A stretch of DNA of 64,000 nt from Cyanophora paradoxa CCMP329. Taxonomy: Eukaryota > Plantae > Glaucophyta. The position numbers and the translations under genes are program-made. The stretch is taken from NCBI GenBank assembly GCA_004431415.1, contig QPMI01000011.1, positions 41,909 through 105,908 of the forward strand, given 5' to 3'. How positions within the stretch are numbered: position 1 is the first letter of the stretch; each line of letters starts with the position of its first letter. The notes below the pieces were generated by a model. It saw only the letters and a program-made list of their open reading frames with translations. It was not told the DNA's origin and did not search any database. Of this stretch, positions 59,714-64,000 are shown piece after piece.

Positions 59714-62700
59714 ATGAGCTTCAATTACCCACCCAATCTAGAAACCATTCAAGATGATAATGCAAGCAGCACCAAGCATGTGAACTTTGATAATATTAAA
59801 GTAAAGGGTTCAGTTTCAATTGACCACAGCTCTGATAATTCATCAAAGACTCAATCAAGGGAGCATGCTTTATCTGTGAATCAAACCGATCCAGATAAAG
59901 AGGATGTCAGTGTTGCTTTTAGTTTGGGTAATGTGAAAGCAAACCAAGTGGCAGAGATCAAAGCCACCAGAAGGAGACCTAGGAAACTGAAAACCAGTGG
60001 CACTCACCCAGATATACCTTCCAGGTTCGATAGTGGTCGATTGATTTTCAATGTTCAAGATGAGCAGGGCAAACAGAACACAGCTTTACGAATTTACAAT
60101 GAGGGCAGCACTGCAAAAGCTGAGGTCCCCAAGTATTGCAAGTGGGTCCATTGCCAATACAAATCAGGTCTCCTACACAAATGATGTCTACCCCAAGGAT
60201 ATTACATATGACTTTGCAAGAAATGAGCCTTTTGGTTCTTTACTCCAAAAGATGTCCATCAAAAAAAGCCATCAATTACAATCAACAGTAGCCCAGTCAA
60301 CCAGTAGCAATCCATTTGCATCCTGATTTAGTCGAAATGGATAGGCACCTTTTGCCTTTGTATAGCAATGTGAAAGACCTTGGAATTCGAACCAGGCAAT
60401 GGCGAAATATCCATGGCAGCAATGTGTATGCAAATGGAGAGAAGCTTGTTAGTGAGAAAACTCTAAGGGAAATCATTGAGCATTATGGTCCCAATGGACC
60501 TACTGTCCCATTCCCTATTCCATTTCCCAATGGACCACCCGATCTAACACCAAAGAAGCAGCCTGGAAGAGAATACACAGCAACTGAAGATGTAGCCTTT
60601 GGGCAGCATATTGTGAGTTGGGAGCAAGTTCGCAATAAACCTATAATTGAACCCAGAAAGCAAATAGATGAGCAGTATTTACCTCCTGAAGTCGATATAT
60701 TAGAGCTTGATGAATATCAATTCGTTCCAGATGAGGAAGAGTATTTACCAGATGGTTTCGACCCACAAGAGTATGAATATGATCAATATGACCCCAATGA
60801 GGAGGAAATATTACCAGATGGCTTAGACCCACAAGAGTATGAGTATGAGCAGAACTATGAACCCCATGAGGAGTATTTAGCAGATGGACATGATCCACAA
60901 GAGTATGAGTATGAGCAGAATTATGAACCACATGAGGAGTATTTAGCAGATGGTCATGATCCCCCAGCTGTTGACTATGAGCAACCCCATGACCCCCATG
61001 AGGAACTGTTACCAGATGGTTTGCAACCTGAGGTTTTCGAGATCTTCCCTGACTGGGAGCAAATAAACAATAAACCAGCGAGATATCCTCCAGAGGACCA
61101 CAATCATGACTGGGATGAGATCTTAGGCAAACCACAGAAATACCCACCAGAAGACCACAGGCATGATTGGGGTGATATTGATGGGATTCCAGATAAGTTT
61201 GCAGCAAGCAACCATGAACACACCTGGGATGAGATCAATGACCAACCAGAATTTGCAAAAGTTGAGCCTCTTGCTACTCTGGGAGTTTCTCTTTACCAGA
61301 CTTGCAATGTCCCTGAAAGGATCTTTTTGAATCACCACTATGTTCATGTGAATGGGACACTTGCGAATTCAGCTATGAGAGGACCACTTCATATTAGGAC
61401 ATTACCAGGCTCTTATAATCCACCACCTGAACCAGGAGCAACCATACCAAATATCTTTGTGTCAAGCTACATGGAGGCTGACATTCCCACAGATACATTC
61501 AGAGTCCCAACAGACCCAGCAACCTACCAAAATTACAACTCTGCTATACAGGTTCATGTAGCAGATGTAAGCAGTCTAGATGGATCAAGACCAATGATAG
61601 TTTTCAGTCGAGATAAATATTCCTATATTCCCATAGTGGGAACTGCAAATGATAACTATGGAAGGGCAGAGCTTGCATGGATTAAAACAAACTATGGTGG
61701 GGTTCTGGAAGCCAATCAGAGGATGGCTGCAAAGAATATTCACAATGAGACTATTTCGAGAGTGGTCACAGAGGATTATTAGAAGAGCAAGGATATATTG
61801 ATGAAGGTGAATTAACAAACATTCTTTCTCTTTTTGTGATCAAAAATGACACAAACCTTACAGTCACAAGTAACATTTTCACCAGTAACCTTTATACAAG
61901 TAACATTTACACCAGTAATCTATGGGCAAGCAATATTTACGGAAGTAATCTAGAAGTCGACTATTTGACTGTGAATATTGCAGCAAATCTACCAAATCAT
62001 CCTACATCCAATGTAGTTTTAGGTTGGATCGACAACCACACCCACACAAAAGATGAAATAACAGATTTTGCACATGAGCAATTTATGGGAGCATATAACA
62101 AATCCACATTAACATTCCCTCCCAGTTCCCATGGGCATTTATGGGAGCAAATCGTAAATCCACCATTAACTTTTCCACCTGATCCACACAGTCATGATTA
62201 TTCCCAGATCACCAACTGCAATCACAGACACCCTTGGAGTGAAATCGATCAACAACCAGTATTTGCACTGTTGAATGCGATTGGAAATGCGATTGGAAAT
62301 GTTTTCAATGGAGTACACTTTACCAATCCAGTAATACACCTGAAAGCTTTTTTGAATGATCATTATGTTAGTCTCAATGGGACTTTTACAGGTCAAACAG
62401 GAACCCCAATGGTGGGAACTCTTGCAGTAAGATTACCCAGGGATCCAATTGTTAATGGAGTTTATGATGGCATTTTAATGTGGAGTTAATGATACTTTCC
62501 CAGTATCTATGTAACGAATTATCACCCAGGAGAAACAGGACAAGTAGCCAATTTTTCAGCAGCAATTCAAGTTAATGTAACAGATCAAGACCATATGATG
62601 GAGCAAGACCTAAAATCGTGTTACAAGGGAGAAAGGTAAACTACCTTCCAGTTGCAGGACAACCCACAGATGATCATGGTAAATGTGAGATGTCCTGGAT

Positions 62701-64000
62701 TAAAACAACATCAGGTGGCGCCTTAGAAGTCAATCAGAGGATGGCAGCAAAAAACTTACACAATACAACCCTTTCAGGAGTGTCACAGATGATTACCTTA
62801 CCAATAAAGGTTATCTTACCTCTGCAGATTTAAGCAGTTATGCAACAGATGCAGAGTTAACAACAGCTCTTGCAAACTATTTGCCTCTTACAGGTGGGAC
62901 TGTCAATGGAACTGTGAATGCTACCACTCTACAAATTGGTGGAACCACAATTCCAAAAGGTTATGATTTTGATCAGTTAGATGTAGTTATCAACAGATAG
63001 AAGCGCAAATAATTGGACAGTCAATTGGACAGGACAAAGAACAGGACAACAGGATGTTATACAATACCACAAAATGATGAAGATTGTAATGGTTGTTTTA
63101 TGCGTTGGACAGTTCCAGAAGGTATGAAATCGTTTTATATTCAACTTTTACTGTGGCATACTTGTCGATATTTCGATATTTACGGGCAAACTGTAAATGG
63201 ACATCAACATTTCCTAAGACGAATAAATAACTATCAAGGACTTCAGGATGTTGCAGTTCAAGATGGAACATACCCAGCTATAATATTTACTTCAGTAAAC
63301 TGCGAATTTTACAGTAAAATATATGTTCAAGGGCGAAAAGGTCGCATTTATCTTACAGGTGTCTTTGGTTGGAGTCGACAAAGAGCAACTGATAATGATG
63401 CAGGATTATTGCATTACGATAATATTGCTTTCAATCCTGTTGGCAAATATTCCGAGTTTGATGTTGTAAGTGGTTGGAATAGCACAGGTGTAGCATTCCC
63501 AGCTGGGGCTTGGACAACAGCATGGAAACCCACAACAGATAACCCAGTAGAGGGTTTTATTGCAACCAGACAGATGATGAAAGTGGCAGTGGCTACATGC
63601 AGTGTGTTGTTCCAGCAGGAATGAAAACCTGTCACATACAATACTTATGTTGGACGAATTCAAGATATTTTGATATTTATGGATACCGCAATGGTCGTTG
63701 GAATTATATATGAGAGTGAATACGTATCAAAATGTTCAAAACACAGCCGACACAAATTGGCATTCGAGTTTATTATGGACTTCCGTATTTGATTGGGAAT
63801 TTCTCTCATATTGGAATTTTTGCAAAGAAAGGACGAATTCACATTGGAATGCTTGGATGGACAAAAGAAGTAGGAAGAACAGCACCAGCGAATGGTTTGA
63901 TTAGTTGGGATAATATTTACAGTCGTCCCGCTTTATTTACAGCCGCAGACCTCCCACAAACAGCAACATGGGCTGTCCAGACATGGCTTAAATCAACTGA
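59714..64000 (+). CDS. Giant fibre/receptor-binding-like protein (phage tail-fibre motifs), fragmented by multiple 1-nt indels, runs off the window
   Basis: Consecutive same-strand ORFs rejoin by single-base shifts (e.g. VTEDY|LEEQGYIDEGELTNILSLFVIKNDTNL at ~61780). Motifs LLP..NVKDLG...QWRNIH, W.EI..KP..YPP..H.H repeats, (T/A/G)SN(I/L)x pentapeptides and DLSSYATDAEL...YLPLTGGTVNG. The last ~1 kb could be a separate gene. Confidence 0.65.
60731..61030 (+). repeat. About 5 x 66-bp (22-aa) acidic coding repeat EEYL(P/A)DG(F/L/H)DPQEYEYEQNYEPH
   Basis: Read directly in ORF 60316..61782. Confidence 0.9.

Larger units (their letters stand above)
42043..64000. mobile_element. Endogenous Polinton/Maverick-like virus; left end in window, right end beyond 64000
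   Basis: Abrupt GC drop at 42043; terminus begins 5'-AGT; intron-less compact ORFs for rve-INT, pPolB, SF3 helicase, A32 ATPase, MCP and pentons. Left flank ...TCCGGTG is the candidate 5-6 bp TSD. Confidence 0.95.

Noticed and set aside
42043-64000. Bacterial or phage contamination
   Set aside because: The rve-INT + pPolB + A32 + DJR-MCP + penton set is diagnostic of eukaryotic Polinton-like viruses, and the junction is clean at an AGT terminus.
1-64000. tRNA/rRNA genes and an adenain-type maturation protease
   Set aside because: None recognised by eye; the protease may lie beyond the window, so its absence is not claimed.

Overview
Two sharply different compartments. (1) 1-42042 is very GC-rich (roughly 70-75% by eye), gene-dense, intron-rich eukaryotic (protist/alga-like) nuclear DNA. 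It holds about nine spliced genes: TVP38/TMEM64 (VTT) membrane protein, CNNM/DUF21-CBS transporter, two very long coiled-coil proteins, a multi-TM protein, a Vip1/BPA1-type RRM protein, a hypothetical gene, a stand-alone bacterial-type histidinol dehydrogenase and a TmcB/TmcC-like gene. Most of the long GC-rich ORFs in the track are shadow frames. (2) From 42043 to beyond the window end lies an AT-rich (roughly 35-38% GC), intron-less endogenous Polinton/Maverick-like dsDNA virus, inserted in an intron of the TmcB-like gene. It encodes an rve integrase, a pPolB, a RING protein, a Prim-Pol/D5 primase-helicase, an A32 packaging ATPase, a double-jelly-roll MCP, two head-to-head pentons, a patatin-discoidin fusion and a >4.2 kb phage-tail-fibre-like gene. 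The most unusual signals are in its replication module: the outermost 271 bp is an imperfect AT-rich fold-back (AGT...ACT) resembling an opened hairpin telomere; iteron-armed palindromes occur near the terminus and directly behind the helicase; and the pPolB has lost its proofreading exonuclease motifs. Many viral ORFs are split by single-base indels, probably partly long-read errors. All family calls come from motif recognition by eye; no searches were run.
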